Below, in pieces: positions 10,747-20,452 of a DNA stretch of 64,000 nucleotides. Source of the stretch: an uncultured Thermoprotei archaeon (lineage in GTDB: Archaea > Thermoproteota > Thermoprotei > Thermofilales > B15-G2). Both the position numbers and the translations under genes were made by a program. Where the stretch lies: positions 32,001 to 96,000 of the forward strand of contig CBDUKN010000003.1 of NCBI GenBank assembly GCA_965367815.1. The letters are read 5' to 3'. Position 1 is the first letter of the stretch. The number at the start of each line of letters is the position of its first letter. The notes under the pieces were generated by a model that saw only the letters and a program-made list of their open reading frames with translations, was not told where the DNA came from and made no database searches.

Positions 10747-11712
10747 TTAACTTAGCTTAAGTCTTTTTAAAAGCTCTACAAAAATTCCTGCAGCCATAGT
10801 TGTATAGAAAACTATGTCTATTAGAAAATATACTAGTGAGCGTAGTTTCTTAGTTTTCTTTAGGTAAAGTATAGAGAGAACAATATAGGCTACAGGAAGA
10901 AGTGCTGCAAAATACCAGCAACCCACTATTAGCGCTGCTAGAGCTACAGCAAAGTAAGTATAGAGAATGGCTGCGCTGAGCGTGCCGTATAGTGCTAGAG
11001 GACAGTTTCTGTACTTAGAGTAAAATAAGTAATGTCCTCTCCCGTAATTATACGCTCTTTTAAGAAGTTTTCTTAAACTCTTAGTGTGGTAGTGCTCTAC
11101 TTTAATTGAGGGAGACACTCTAATATCGTAGTTTTGGAGACACAGTCTCCAGAGGAGTTCTGTTTCCTCGTATCCTCCTCTAAATTCCTCGTCGAAGAGA
11201 AAGCCTTCATCGAAGACCTTTCTTCTGAAGGCAAGGTTATTGCTATTAGGTACTCTTACCTTATGGAAATTTTCTCTAGTTATCTTTACTTCACTGCTGT
11301 AAATAGGCATCATAGGCCATAGAGCCTCATTGTAGTACTCTGCTACAATACTTCCCTTAAGTTCTCTAGCAGTGTATACTGAGCCTCCTACAGCTATAGT
11401 GTTCCTATGTTTTTCAAAAAACTCTGCTATATTCTTAAGCCAGTCATGAGAGACACGGCAGTCTCCATCAGTAAACGCTATAATATCTCCTTTAGATAAT
11501 TTAACTCCAATATTTCGAGCAAGATTAGCGCCTCGGGGAGGAACTCTAACTACTTTAACGAAAGGATATTCTGAAGCTATTTCAGGTGTCTTGTCTTCTG
11601 AGCTGTCTACTACTATTACTTCGAAGTCTCTGTACTCCTGCTGTTTAAGTGACTCAAGTAGCATTCTTATAGTAGACTCGCTATTTCGCGTAGGCACTAC
11701 AACAGATATCAT
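10747..11712 (-). CDS. Glycosyltransferase family 2 with C-terminal TM helices
   Basis: ISVVVPTRN, EVIVVD, ARNIG, FTDGD (DxD). Confidence 0.92.
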   Translation of the reverse strand: MISVVVPTRNSESTIRMLLESLKQQEYRDFEVIVVDSSEDKTPEIASEYPFVKVVRVPPRGANLARNIGVKLSKGDIIAFTDGDCRVSHDWLKNIAEFFEKHRNTIAVGGSVYTARELKGSIVAEYYNEALWPMMPIYSSEVKITRENFHKVRVPNSNNLAFRRKVFDEGFLFDEEFRGGYEETELLWRLCLQNYDIRVSPSIKVEHYHTKSLRKLLKRAYNYGRGHYLFYSKYRNCPLALYGTLSAAILYTYFAVALAALIVGCWYFAALLPVAYIVLSILYLKKTKKLRSLVYFLIDIVFYTTMAAGIFVELLKRLKLS

Positions 11713-11755
11713 TTAAAGCACCTAGTTCTAGATACAAAGGAATATATTTTAGTAA

Positions 11756-11988
11756 ATGCTTTCTGCCATATGATAGTAGATAGTTATTCCACATGAAATA
11801 GATCTCGGGATAGAAGGCTATCATAAAATAATTACCGATAAAGGGGTTTCCTACGTTAATATTGATGATAGAGTAGATATTGTTGCTAAAAACATCCTGA
11901 TGGAAGAGTGAGTGTTTCTACAGACAGAGGTAAAATAATTAAACAAATAATAGAAAAGACAGAGGTAATAGATATTCACGTTAAGTAA
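11756..11988 (+). pseudogene. Degraded gene fragment, family unknown
   Basis: Protein-like reading IVIPHEIDLGIEGYHKIITDKG...IEKTEVIDIHVK* interrupted by stops and a frameshift. Confidence 0.35.
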
Positions 11989-14900
11989 GCATAGTGTACT
12001 TAACTTTAGATAAAGCTCTGTAAGCTCTAGCATCGCTTAAAGTTTTCGCTATTACTAGAAAAACATGGTATATGCGTGTTTCTCCGGGCTCGATATATTT
12101 CAGAGGAAACATTATTGCGTCGAGTGTACATGTTTTAGCGAAACCTATTGATGCGGCTAGAGCAATATCATTGCGCTGAGGCTTAATTAGAGCTAAAGCA
12201 CCTTTACTGCTGTACACTACGGCGTAGTCGCTTAGAGTCGTCGGCCAGGAAGACTCGTATTCGTATACTTCTTTAACGTATTCTTCTCCATCATAGGGTA
12301 TGAGTGCTCCTTTAGCGTTTTCTCCTCCAGGCTTAGGGAAAATTGACAGAAATAGTTCTGGCTTAATATACCGCCTAGTACTATTTACTACATTTGTTAT
12401 GGAGAGAATTATGTTGCTGTAAGGCTTAGTTAAGTAGTATTGCTCCAGTATTACTCCTTTGAGGCGTCTATTTTTCTCGTAGCTGACTTTAGTCCATACC
12501 TTTACTCCTCTCCACGAGCCTACTGTTGCTTCTTCTACAGCCCACTTTTCTCTAAATAAGTTGTCGCGGCCCCACCTGTCTTTTAGTCTTATACCGCCGT
12601 ACCACGGGTTAATCCAATCGAGTGGCTTTGGCTTGGGATAAGACGACATTAAGTGAGATACTTCTGTTTTCTTATCTACTAGCTTGTAGAGTGTTCCCGC
12701 GAAATCTCCGTCTATTTTCATTACTAGTAGCCCATTGTCTACAGTAGCCTTATTTCCTTGAATAGTAACTGCTACTTCTCCTTCACGCCCAACAACCACT
12801 ACTGGTATTTCTTTCTTGAAGAGGCCGTAATTCGAGTAGAGCAGGCAGCTAATAGTGTAGCAGCAGGGCGTGAGTTCAGGTACTTCGATTTTAATTTTCT
12901 TTCGGTATTCTTTTTCGTGGAGTTCTCCGAGCTCGATTTTAGCTGGCTCTACTTTTACTTTAGGCGATGTAAGCTCAATTCTGCCTTTAAGCTTCTTTTC
13001 TCTATGCTTCACTAAAGACAGCTCTATTTCAGTTGACCTGGTTTCAAGTAGTACTGGCTCGGGCAAAGAACGTATTTCTACGACATCTACTTTGCTGTAA
13101 GCCACTTCTGTTTCAGGAGCTTTTTTCTCGAAGATTCTCTTGTAGTAGTTTCGTATATCTTTCCAGGAGCCTTTACCGACGTAAATGTATACTGGAGGTA
13201 GTTCTACACGAGAATACGGTTTGAGCTTAACTACATAGATTAGTCTGGGTAAACTTCCCCAAGAGAAGTCTACTTCATCTAAGTTTTCTCTACTCCAAAT
13301 AGCTCCTACTACTTCTCCTCCCCTATACACGTAGCAAGACCAGTTTTCAGAAAACTCGTCGGGCTTTGTCGGTAGGTCTCTTTTTCTTCCAGGAAATTCT
13401 CCCGGAATAACTGTCGCCTCTAAAATATTTTCTTTCAAAGGCACTACTAGTTTACGTGCCTGCCAACTCGAAGAATGCATAGGTATTCTAAGTTTAACTG
13501 TTTTTTCTACATTAGAATTGTTTACAAGTAAGTAAGATATTTTAATTAATGGAGAAGAGCCTTTCACTTCAATTATCTTAAAGAATTCTAGGCCTGGTAC
13601 TTTTCTTAATCGAGCTTTTCCTACGATTTTTACTGAGCCGTTTTCTTCAATTAAGTCTACGTCAAAGAGTGTGCGCCCGAGTTCACTTGGCCAGAAGGGA
13701 GGCCCTATGCTTTCTCCACTAGTAAAACATACTCCTTCTCTGTCAATTTTACGTATGACACTAAAGCTTAGTCCTTTTAAACGTACATGTAGAAGGTAGT
13801 CTCCCCAGTCTACTACAGCTCTTTTTTCTTTTCGGTCGATATAGCCTACTGCCTCACCCGGCTTAGCTATCGTTATGTATATTGTCTTAGGAGGAGACTT
13901 AATGCCCTCTACTTCATACGATAGAAACAGCGCAGTTTTCTTTAATGAAGGATCTGTTAACTTTACTTTAAGTGGAAGCGCTATTTCTTCCTCTGCACTG
14001 GCTTCAAATAAGTATTCTCGAGGACTGACTTCTACTCCTTTATCGGCTACTACTGTTACTCTACCTTTTACTTTTTTCTTAAAATTATTGGCTAGGTTTA
14101 CTGGTATAGTTCCTGTAGATAAAGGAGGATAGGAGGGGTGTTCAAGTATCTTGATTGCTAGTGGAGGCTTTTCATCAAAACCGGTAAAAAGATTGAATGG
14201 TAAACCGTTTAACACTGCTGTTGTCTTGAGTTTTAGTGGAGGTTCGTCGAAAGATTTTTCTTCGGCTTCTATGTCTACTAAGGCTTCGGCTTCAACTACT
14301 TTTTCTTCACCGGGTTTGACAGTGATGCTTGAGGGAGGTTTCTTTAAAACCTTGACTCCTTTCTCTGCTTCAGGTAGAAGTACTACATTGAAGGGTTTAC
14401 TTGATCTATTAACTATTCTGTAGAGTACTCTAAATGGAGCTCCTTTAACTACTCTGTCTTCTTCAGTAAGGCACTCTATTAGACCTTCATTCCACTCTAG
14501 TCCGCAAAGACCCCAGCCGTATCTGTCTATTATTGCCTTAAGGAAGTCTCCGTTTATTCTCCACTCATAAACATATACGCTCCTATTCTGGTACTCGTAT
14601 TCATCTTCTTCAGCTTTTAAGTCTCTTTTAAAGCTATATAATGCATTAGAATGCTTTGCGAAGAATTCTTTGGCTATAGGAGTCTTTAACACTTGTGGAA
14701 GATAATTCTGCATATAGACGCTGGTCTCAGGTACCCAGAACCAGCCTAGCTTTTTGTAAAGTCTTATTGCTTTCTCGTTTCCTGCCCAAGTATGTAGATC
14801 GACTCTATCGACTCCAAGAGATATTGAGCGCTTAATAGCTTCTTTAAGTAACTTTGTGCCTATACCTCTACCACGGTACTTTGGGTGAACATTTACTAGC

Positions 14901-15154
14901 GCCACATAAGTAGCGTCTTCGCCTATCCAGTGTTTAGTCAGCTCTAAGTAGCCTACAATCTTTTTATCACACTCAGCTACTAGTACAGCTAAAGCATCTG
15001 AAGACTTTATTTTATCTAAAACAGTTTCAGCTGTATAAGGTACTCCTCCAGTTAATCCCCCAGGCCAGCCTTCTTCGCTCTCGTTAAATAACTGGGCTAA
15101 ACCGGGAGCATCTTTTTCAACAAAATCTCTAACAATAACTGTTTCATCGGACAT
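11981..15154 (-). CDS. Large GNAT acetyltransferase (N-terminal GNAT plus ~850 aa of beta-rich domains)
   Basis: VNVHPKYRGRGIGTKLL (motif A) and N.KAIRLYKKLGW (motif B). Confidence 0.88.
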   Translation of the reverse strand: MSDETVIVRDFVEKDAPGLAQLFNESEEGWPGGLTGGVPYTAETVLDKIKSSDALAVLVAECDKKIVGYLELTKHWIGEDATYVALVNVHPKYRGRGIGTKLLKEAIKRSISLGVDRVDLHTWAGNEKAIRLYKKLGWFWVPETSVYMQNYLPQVLKTPIAKEFFAKHSNALYSFKRDLKAEEDEYEYQNRSVYVYEWRINGDFLKAIIDRYGWGLCGLEWNEGLIECLTEEDRVVKGAPFRVLYRIVNRSSKPFNVVLLPEAEKGVKVLKKPPSSITVKPGEEKVVEAEALVDIEAEEKSFDEPPLKLKTTAVLNGLPFNLFTGFDEKPPLAIKILEHPSYPPLSTGTIPVNLANNFKKKVKGRVTVVADKGVEVSPREYLFEASAEEEIALPLKVKLTDPSLKKTALFLSYEVEGIKSPPKTIYITIAKPGEAVGYIDRKEKRAVVDWGDYLLHVRLKGLSFSVIRKIDREGVCFTSGESIGPPFWPSELGRTLFDVDLIEENGSVKIVGKARLRKVPGLEFFKIIEVKGSSPLIKISYLLVNNSNVEKTVKLRIPMHSSSWQARKLVVPLKENILEATVIPGEFPGRKRDLPTKPDEFSENWSCYVYRGGEVVGAIWSRENLDEVDFSWGSLPRLIYVVKLKPYSRVELPPVYIYVGKGSWKDIRNYYKRIFEKKAPETEVAYSKVDVVEIRSLPEPVLLETRSTEIELSLVKHREKKLKGRIELTSPKVKVEPAKIELGELHEKEYRKKIKIEVPELTPCCYTISCLLYSNYGLFKKEIPVVVVGREGEVAVTIQGNKATVDNGLLVMKIDGDFAGTLYKLVDKKTEVSHLMSSYPKPKPLDWINPWYGGIRLKDRWGRDNLFREKWAVEEATVGSWRGVKVWTKVSYEKNRRLKGVILEQYYLTKPYSNIILSITNVVNSTRRYIKPELFLSIFPKPGGENAKGALIPYDGEEYVKEVYEYESSWPTTLSDYAVVYSSKGALALIKPQRNDIALAASIGFAKTCTLDAIMFPLKYIEPGETRIYHVFLVIAKTLSDARAYRALSKVKYTMLT

Positions 15155-15281
15155 GGTTGATGAAATAAGGGGCTAAGGAAATTTAACTCTATTCTCCGTA
15201 GGAAAGTGTAGGGGATTTACTTAAGTTAAGATATTTTTGTACGACATAAGGTGTTTTATACTCTGAGTTCAATATGTCTAT

Positions 15282-16328
15282 GTGGCGGAAGTACGTATAG
15301 GTGTGATCGGATGCGGTACAATGGGTAAAATACACGTAAACGCGTTTAAGAAAGTTGGAGCAAAAGTAGTAGCTGTATGTGATATCGATGAGAATGAAAT
15401 TAAGTACGCTAAAGAAGTCTTGAAAATAGAGAGTGTCTACACTGATTATCGAGACCTAATTGCAAGAAAAGATATAGACGGAGTAGTAGTTGTTACACCC
15501 AATTATCTCCACTATCAGATGACCATAGATGCCCTTAAAGAAGGAAAACATGTTTTATGCGAAAAGCCGCCAGCTATATTGGCTAAACAAGTTAAAGAAA
15601 TGTTTGAAGCCAGCAGAAAGTACGGTAAGAAACTTCTAATAGGATTGACGTGGAGATTTAGAAAACTAAGTGGTATTCTCCGAAACTATGTTCTTGAGGG
15701 GAAAATAGGCGAGCCTTATCTTATTAAAGCCTATATGCTTAGGAGAGCAGGAATTCCTGGCTATGGAAGCTGGTTTACTATTAAAGAGCAGGCTGGAGCA
15801 GGGCCTCTATACGATATAGGCGTACATATGCTTGACTTGTCTCTCTGGATTTCAAATAACTTTGAGGCAGAAGAAGTTTTTGCGTCGACTTACGCTAAAC
15901 TAGGCCCCAGAGGGCTGGGTAAAGGGTCTTGGGGCAAGCCTGTACCCGGTGGACCATTTACTGTCGAGGACTGGGCTATAGCTTTCATTAAAATGAAGAA
16001 CGGCGCTACAACTATACTTGAGGCAGGGTGGGCTGGACACATTAGTCGAGACGACTACAATGTAGTGATTATGGGAGATAAAGGTGGAATAAACTATAGA
16101 GAGGCTTCAATTTACAGCGAGGAGAATGGTGTGCTAGTAGACACTAAACTTGAAATAGGAGAAGAAAAGCCTGTAGAAAATGAGGCAAGGCACTTTGTCA
16201 ACATTATTCTCGGGAAAGAAGAGCCTTTAACTAAGCCCGAGGAAATGATTATGCTTCAGGCAATACTAGAAGCTGCACTGAAGTCGGCTGAAGAAAAGAG
16301 ACTTGTGAAAATATCAGAGGTACTGTAG
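15282..16328 (+). CDS. Gfo/Idh/MocA family oxidoreductase
   Basis: GVIGCGTMG, HVLCEKP, GAGPLYDIGVHMLD. Confidence 0.93.
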   Translation: MAEVRIGVIGCGTMGKIHVNAFKKVGAKVVAVCDIDENEIKYAKEVLKIESVYTDYRDLIARKDIDGVVVVTPNYLHYQMTIDALKEGKHVLCEKPPAILAKQVKEMFEASRKYGKKLLIGLTWRFRKLSGILRNYVLEGKIGEPYLIKAYMLRRAGIPGYGSWFTIKEQAGAGPLYDIGVHMLDLSLWISNNFEAEEVFASTYAKLGPRGLGKGSWGKPVPGGPFTVEDWAIAFIKMKNGATTILEAGWAGHISRDDYNVVIMGDKGGINYREASIYSEENGVLVDTKLEIGEEKPVENEARHFVNIILGKEEPLTKPEEMIMLQAILEAALKSAEEKRLVKISEVL

Positions 16329-16332
16329 TTAA

Positions 16333-16743
16333 TTAAACTAGTTCATCTAAGAATAGTATTTCTACATCAAAAGGCTCTTTTTCCATTTCTCTTAAGAGTT
16401 CTTCCTCTTTGTGGGCAAAAAGTGCTGGTGATGATAAGTACTTAGCTAAACTTAGAGTAAAGCAGTCTGATAGAGCTATTGCTCTACTACACTTGTATAG
16501 AGCCGCTGTTTCAATTAAAGGAGATATTTCGAATATCTCAATGTATCCTGACCTTTTAAGCGCATTAATTTTTGTTAAAGCATTGTTAAAACCTATTTTT
16601 CTACAGAGAATATATAGTGCCTCTGTTATATCTAACTCTGTTGTGAAAGCGAAAAGTTCGCCTGATTTAAGTTTCTCTTTAACAATTTTACCTCTCTTAG
16701 TAGCTGATAAAAGTTCTACTATGACACTGGCATCAAAGACCAT
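16333..16743 (-). CDS. vapC: PIN-domain toxin (VapC)
   Basis: MVFDASVIV, TE..Y, LSDC; likely start ATG 16743 overlapping the antitoxin 3' end. Confidence 0.88.
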   Translation of the reverse strand: MVFDASVIVELLSATKRGKIVKEKLKSGELFAFTTELDITEALYILCRKIGFNNALTKINALKRSGYIEIFEISPLIETAALYKCSRAIALSDCFTLSLAKYLSSPALFAHKEEELLREMEKEPFDVEILFLDELV

Positions 16744-16981
16744 ATTTCCTGCTAATTCTTTCTTCATCTTTTCGCCTCTCTTCATACAATTCTTCGACAA
16801 GGTTTTCGCTGATAATCGGGGAGCATGCCATCTCAAGTAGTTCGGGTCTCTTAGTTCTATCAAATAAAAGGAATCTTATGGCTTCATCCATACTTACTCT
16901 TCGACCTAGTTTCATTTCTAGCTTTGCAATAAACTTGATTAGCTCTCTCTTCGTACTTTCAGAGACTCTTATAACTGCCAC
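16733..16981 (-). CDS. vapB: VapB-type (RHH-like) antitoxin
   Basis: 82 aa, AVIRVSESTKREL...SMDEAIRFLL; directly upstream of and overlapping the PIN gene. Confidence 0.85.
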   Translation of the reverse strand: MAVIRVSESTKRELIKFIAKLEMKLGRRVSMDEAIRFLLFDRTKRPELLEMACSPIISENLVEELYEERRKDEERISRKYGL

Positions 16982-17012
16982 ATGTATACAATGTATATAA
17001 AGTATATATTGA

Positions 17013-17792
17013 TTACTTGGATAAGAGTATGTAGTCTTTGCACCATTTCCCGAAGTTCCATCTGCCGCCTCCCAGCATAATACACTTCTTTACTTTCTCG
17101 TACTCTACTACTTTAAGTGATGCTACGCAGTCTACTCCATGGTCAAAAAATATCTTTGGGAAAATGCCTGCAGTTGGCCCAACTACCATTTTGAATCTAG
17201 CTTTCTTCGACAGTGCCAGCACATAGTCTATTGTATCGTTTACTAACGTAGCTCCAGTTACTATAACGACGTCGGCTTTCCCTAGTAGCCTTGGGGCAGC
17301 AGTATCTGAGTAAATGTTTTCTCCTACGCGCATTCTAGGATTTCTTTCAAGAACATACAGCTCTCTACAAGTACCTTTTAGTTTTTTCACTATAGGTCTC
17401 ATGTTGCCGATAACAACGACTGTATCTTCGGGCTTTACGAGGTCTGAAAGCGTATCTATTAAGTTTACTGAAACTAATTTAAATCCATTAATATGGTTTA
17501 ATTTCCATAAAAGGTATTGAGAAACCGCGTTAATATATGCGACTGCAGCTGTTTTCCACAGAGTATTAACTGATGAAACATAGTCCAATATATTGTCGGG
17601 AGAAGGAGGCTCTGGGAGAGGTTCTGTGCAGTCTAGGTCTTCTAAAGGCAGGTAGGCTACACCGGCTTCAAGTCCTTCAGGTCCTTTAATTGAAATGTAG
17701 CAGTATTTTACGCCAACGACGGAGTCTATGGTCTCTATTTTTAGGCTTCGAGCGGCTTTCTCTATTAATGAGGCAGCTTCGTCTACGAGCAT
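17013..17792 (-). CDS. DUF364 family (Rossmann-like, putative heavy-metal chelation) protein
   Basis: AYINAVSQ, VIGNM.P, LER, VIVTGATLVNDT, VVGPTA. Confidence 0.85.
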   Translation of the reverse strand: MLVDEAASLIEKAARSLKIETIDSVVGVKYCYISIKGPEGLEAGVAYLPLEDLDCTEPLPEPPSPDNILDYVSSVNTLWKTAAVAYINAVSQYLLWKLNHINGFKLVSVNLIDTLSDLVKPEDTVVVIGNMRPIVKKLKGTCRELYVLERNPRMRVGENIYSDTAAPRLLGKADVVIVTGATLVNDTIDYVLALSKKARFKMVVGPTAGIFPKIFFDHGVDCVASLKVVEYEKVKKCIMLGGGRWNFGKWCKDYILLSK

Positions 17793-17884
17793 TGTCAGTA
17801 GAACAGGGTACTAGAATATTTGAGTACCCTACCTTACTTATGGAGCTGAGCTTATATATTAATCTGGTATATTTGTAAACCGGT

Positions 17885-18295
17885 ATGAGTTTAAGAGAAG
17901 AAGAATTTATTGTTCTTTACGCTATTTTTGAGTCTCCTAGTATTAGTGTTAATCAGCTTTACCGTAAGCTAAGGGGCAGAATATCGAAAGTTAAGATGAT
18001 TGAGATTTTAAAGAAGCTTACTGATGAAGGCTTAGTTAAGAAAGTAAAGGATCCTAGGCATAAGCAGAGAGTAATGCTTTTTCTTAAAGACGATGTGCAG
18101 AAGCTAGCTAAAAGTATTGTCGACAGAGCTTGTGAAACAGCTAAAAACAGTATTGTCGATAAAGCTGATTGTCTTCTGAGGAAATATCTCGAGGTCGCGT
18201 CTAAAATAAAGGATCCTATTATTCGAGATTTCCTTAAGAAGCTTGTACTAGCTGAAATAGCTGAGTTCTTGAACTTGAGTAATGGTTTGAGGTGA
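17885..18295 (+). CDS. Winged-helix DNA-binding protein
   Basis: SVNQLYRKL..ISKVKMIEILKKLTDEGLV...DPRHKQ. Confidence 0.75.
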   Translation: MSLREEEFIVLYAIFESPSISVNQLYRKLRGRISKVKMIEILKKLTDEGLVKKVKDPRHKQRVMLFLKDDVQKLAKSIVDRACETAKNSIVDKADCLLRKYLEVASKIKDPIIRDFLKKLVLAEIAEFLNLSNGLR

Positions 18296-19404
18296 AGGCC
18301 TTGAGGATCTTAATGGTTTCGGAGTGGTCTCCAAATAGCTTTGGCGGAGTCTCTTCCCAAGTAGCTTTGCTCGCAAAGTGGCTTGAGAAAAGAGGGCATA
18401 GTGTTATAGTGATGCATAAAGAGGGGGAAAGTGGGTACAATACAGTTAGAGTGAAAAGTATTGTTCCGTTCGAGCACTATGTTGTGCCTCCTTGTTTCTG
18501 GGAAGTAAAGAAGACTATAAGCAGAATAGAGCCCGACATAGTTCACGTACATCATTCTTTCACGCCGCTGTCAGTGCTAGCTGTTAGAGCATGTGCTAAA
18601 CTAGGGCTACCCTGCGTTCTCACAAACCATTCTCTTCCTCCTGCAGGAGATGTAGACTGCTGGCTGAAAATATCCTATATTGCTCCATATAGGTGGCTTT
18701 TGAGGCCAACAATAGTTACTGCTGTGAGTGTAGCTGCTGCGAATTTTATTCAGGAGTTTCTTGGACTAAAAACTGAAGTAAAGGTTATACCAAATGCTGT
18801 AGACACTGAGAGATTTAAGCCAGGGCTAGCTGAGAGAAGAGACTGTATACTCTATGTGGGGCGCCTTGTTCGTAGAAAAGGAGTACACGTGCTAATAGAG
18901 GCTTTTAAGATTCTTCAGCGAAGAGGCTTTGACGTTAAGCTAGTTATAGGAGGTAAAGGCTACATGGAGCCTCTCCTTAAATTCATGGCTTCAGACACAG
19001 ACAATATTGTTTTCTTGGGAGCTGTAAGCGAAGAAGTTAAGCCAGCTTTATTCGCTGGAGCAAAAGTATTTGTCTTACCGAGTTTAGCGGGAGAAAGCTT
19101 TGGCGTAGTCCTGTTGGAGGCCTTGTCTTCAGGCACACCTGTTGTGGCTACGAGAGTCGGAGGAATACCTGAAATAGTAGCCGACGGCGAAGAAGGATTT
19201 ATTATCAAGCCAGGTAACCCCGAAGAGCTTGCTGAAGCAGTAGCAATTCTGCTAAAATCTCCTGACGTATGGCTGAAAATGTCGCTAAAAGCTAGGAGAA
19301 AGGCTGTAGAAAAGTACTCTATAGACAAGATAGGCAGGCTCTATGAGGAGACGTACTTTGAGGCACTAGAGCTTGTTCAAAAAGTAAGAATTCTTGTAGA
19401 ATAA
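18292..19404 (+). CDS. Glycosyltransferase family 4, PIG-A/PimA-like
   Basis: GGVSSQ, HVHHSFTPLS, LTNHSL, IPNAVD, YVGRLVRRKG, ESFGVVLLEA. Confidence 0.9.
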   Translation: MKALRILMVSEWSPNSFGGVSSQVALLAKWLEKRGHSVIVMHKEGESGYNTVRVKSIVPFEHYVVPPCFWEVKKTISRIEPDIVHVHHSFTPLSVLAVRACAKLGLPCVLTNHSLPPAGDVDCWLKISYIAPYRWLLRPTIVTAVSVAAANFIQEFLGLKTEVKVIPNAVDTERFKPGLAERRDCILYVGRLVRRKGVHVLIEAFKILQRRGFDVKLVIGGKGYMEPLLKFMASDTDNIVFLGAVSEEVKPALFAGAKVFVLPSLAGESFGVVLLEALSSGTPVVATRVGGIPEIVADGEEGFIIKPGNPEELAEAVAILLKSPDVWLKMSLKARRKAVEKYSIDKIGRLYEETYFEALELVQKVRILVE

Positions 19405-19820
19405 TGATAAGCATAGAAGACTTCATATACACAGCGATACTACTTGGATTAAATTTCCTAGCGTTTATACTCGGCTCACTTAAAAGAAAGAAAAAGATAG
19501 AGTACAGCCCACTTCTTATTATAAAAAAGCCTAAGCACATTTTCTTAAATAATCTCATAGCATACATACCTCTCGTAGTCCCCATTATTGGAGTATTCTA
19601 CTTACTTTACATCTTCTACAATAGTGGCAGAACACTAGGCGCCAGAATATTGCTCAAAACATATGTTCTACTTGAACTAATTTCAGCTAGCCTGCTAGCA
19701 TACAGTAGCTTTCTTCTACTAGCCTACAGAATACTTGACTTAACAGCGTTTCTTACAATGGCACTAGTTCTATTAGCCTTAGCAGCATATATAGAAAGTA
19801 GAGAATTCAGCGGGGCTTGA
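19404..19820 (+). CDS. Small polytopic membrane protein
   Basis: 138 aa, about four TM segments, start overlaps the GT4 stop. Confidence 0.7.
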   Translation: MISIEDFIYTAILLGLNFLAFILGSLKRKKKIEYSPLLIIKKPKHIFLNNLIAYIPLVVPIIGVFYLLYIFYNSGRTLGARILLKTYVLLELISASLLAYSSFLLLAYRILDLTAFLTMALVLLALAAYIESREFSGA

Positions 19821-19870
19821 GCGGTCCTTCGACCCCCTTTCGGGGGGGCATCCCCGCTCAGCATCCCCCA
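19811..19870 (-). ncRNA. Candidate structured ncRNA divergent from DUF3800 gene
   Basis: GC-rich nested stems (19818-24/19854-60; 19833-37/19842-46 closing a GAAA tetraloop on the minus strand); A-run plus TTTAAA ~24 nt upstream. Confidence 0.55.
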
Positions 19871-19906
19871 TTTAACATCTTGTTAAACATGCATTTAAAG
19901 TTTTTT
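19871..19906. promoter_or_regulatory. Putative bidirectional promoter with palindromic operator
   Basis: TTTAACA-tct-TGTTAAA inverted repeat at 19871-19887; TTTAAA at 19894-19899 lies ~23-24 nt from both the ncRNA start and the GTG at 19922. Confidence 0.5.
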
Positions 19907-19921
19907 ATTGAAAATGTGTTT

Positions 19922-20452
19922 GTGAAGCTTATAGTATTCATTGATGAAAGTGGGCTACCTATTTACTGCAAGTACTTTAGTCAAGGAGCTATAGCAAAAG
20001 TAGTGCCTAAACATACATCATACTACAGTGTGGGAGCTAAAGAGATACAGAGTATAAAAAGGCAGACTGGCTTAACGAGAGAAGTAAAGTATAGGAGGCT
20101 AGTAAGTAAAATAGGTTTGAGCGGTGTATCATCTATTATTTCTATGTTGAAAAATCAGGGATACTACCTATTCTTTAAAAGGATTCACATCAAAGAGCCT
20201 AGTAAAGCTAGATTTGAGTGCATTGAAAAGCCTTTAAAGGAAATTACAAGTCAATTATTGTGCAGTAATGTAGTAATAATTATTGATGAATGTCCGCTTA
20301 AGTTGAAAGAAGTTAGAAAAGCTGCACGTCAATTACTTAGATCAAAGTATATTCAAGTATATTTTAAAGATAGTAGAAAGGTCTCAGGACTTCAGCTAGC
20401 GGATATCGTCGTGGGATACTTCAGTGAAGTTTATAAAACTCCAAAAGAGTAA
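19922..20452 (+). CDS. DUF3800 family protein (RNase H-like fold)
   Basis: VFIDESG, EVKY, IIIDE, DSRKVSGLQLADIVVG; likely start GTG 19922. Confidence 0.85.
   Translation: MKLIVFIDESGLPIYCKYFSQGAIAKVVPKHTSYYSVGAKEIQSIKRQTGLTREVKYRRLVSKIGLSGVSSIISMLKNQGYYLFFKRIHIKEPSKARFECIEKPLKEITSQLLCSNVVIIIDECPLKLKEVRKAARQLLRSKYIQVYFKDSRKVSGLQLADIVVGYFSEVYKTPKE

Noticed and set aside
15155-15281. TGATGA motif suggesting a second C/D sRNA
   Set aside because: No D box or C'/D' pair at suitable spacing
19817-19921. N-terminal extension of DUF3800 in the ORF track
   Set aside because: Runs through the hairpin and promoter; the family motif begins at GTG 19922
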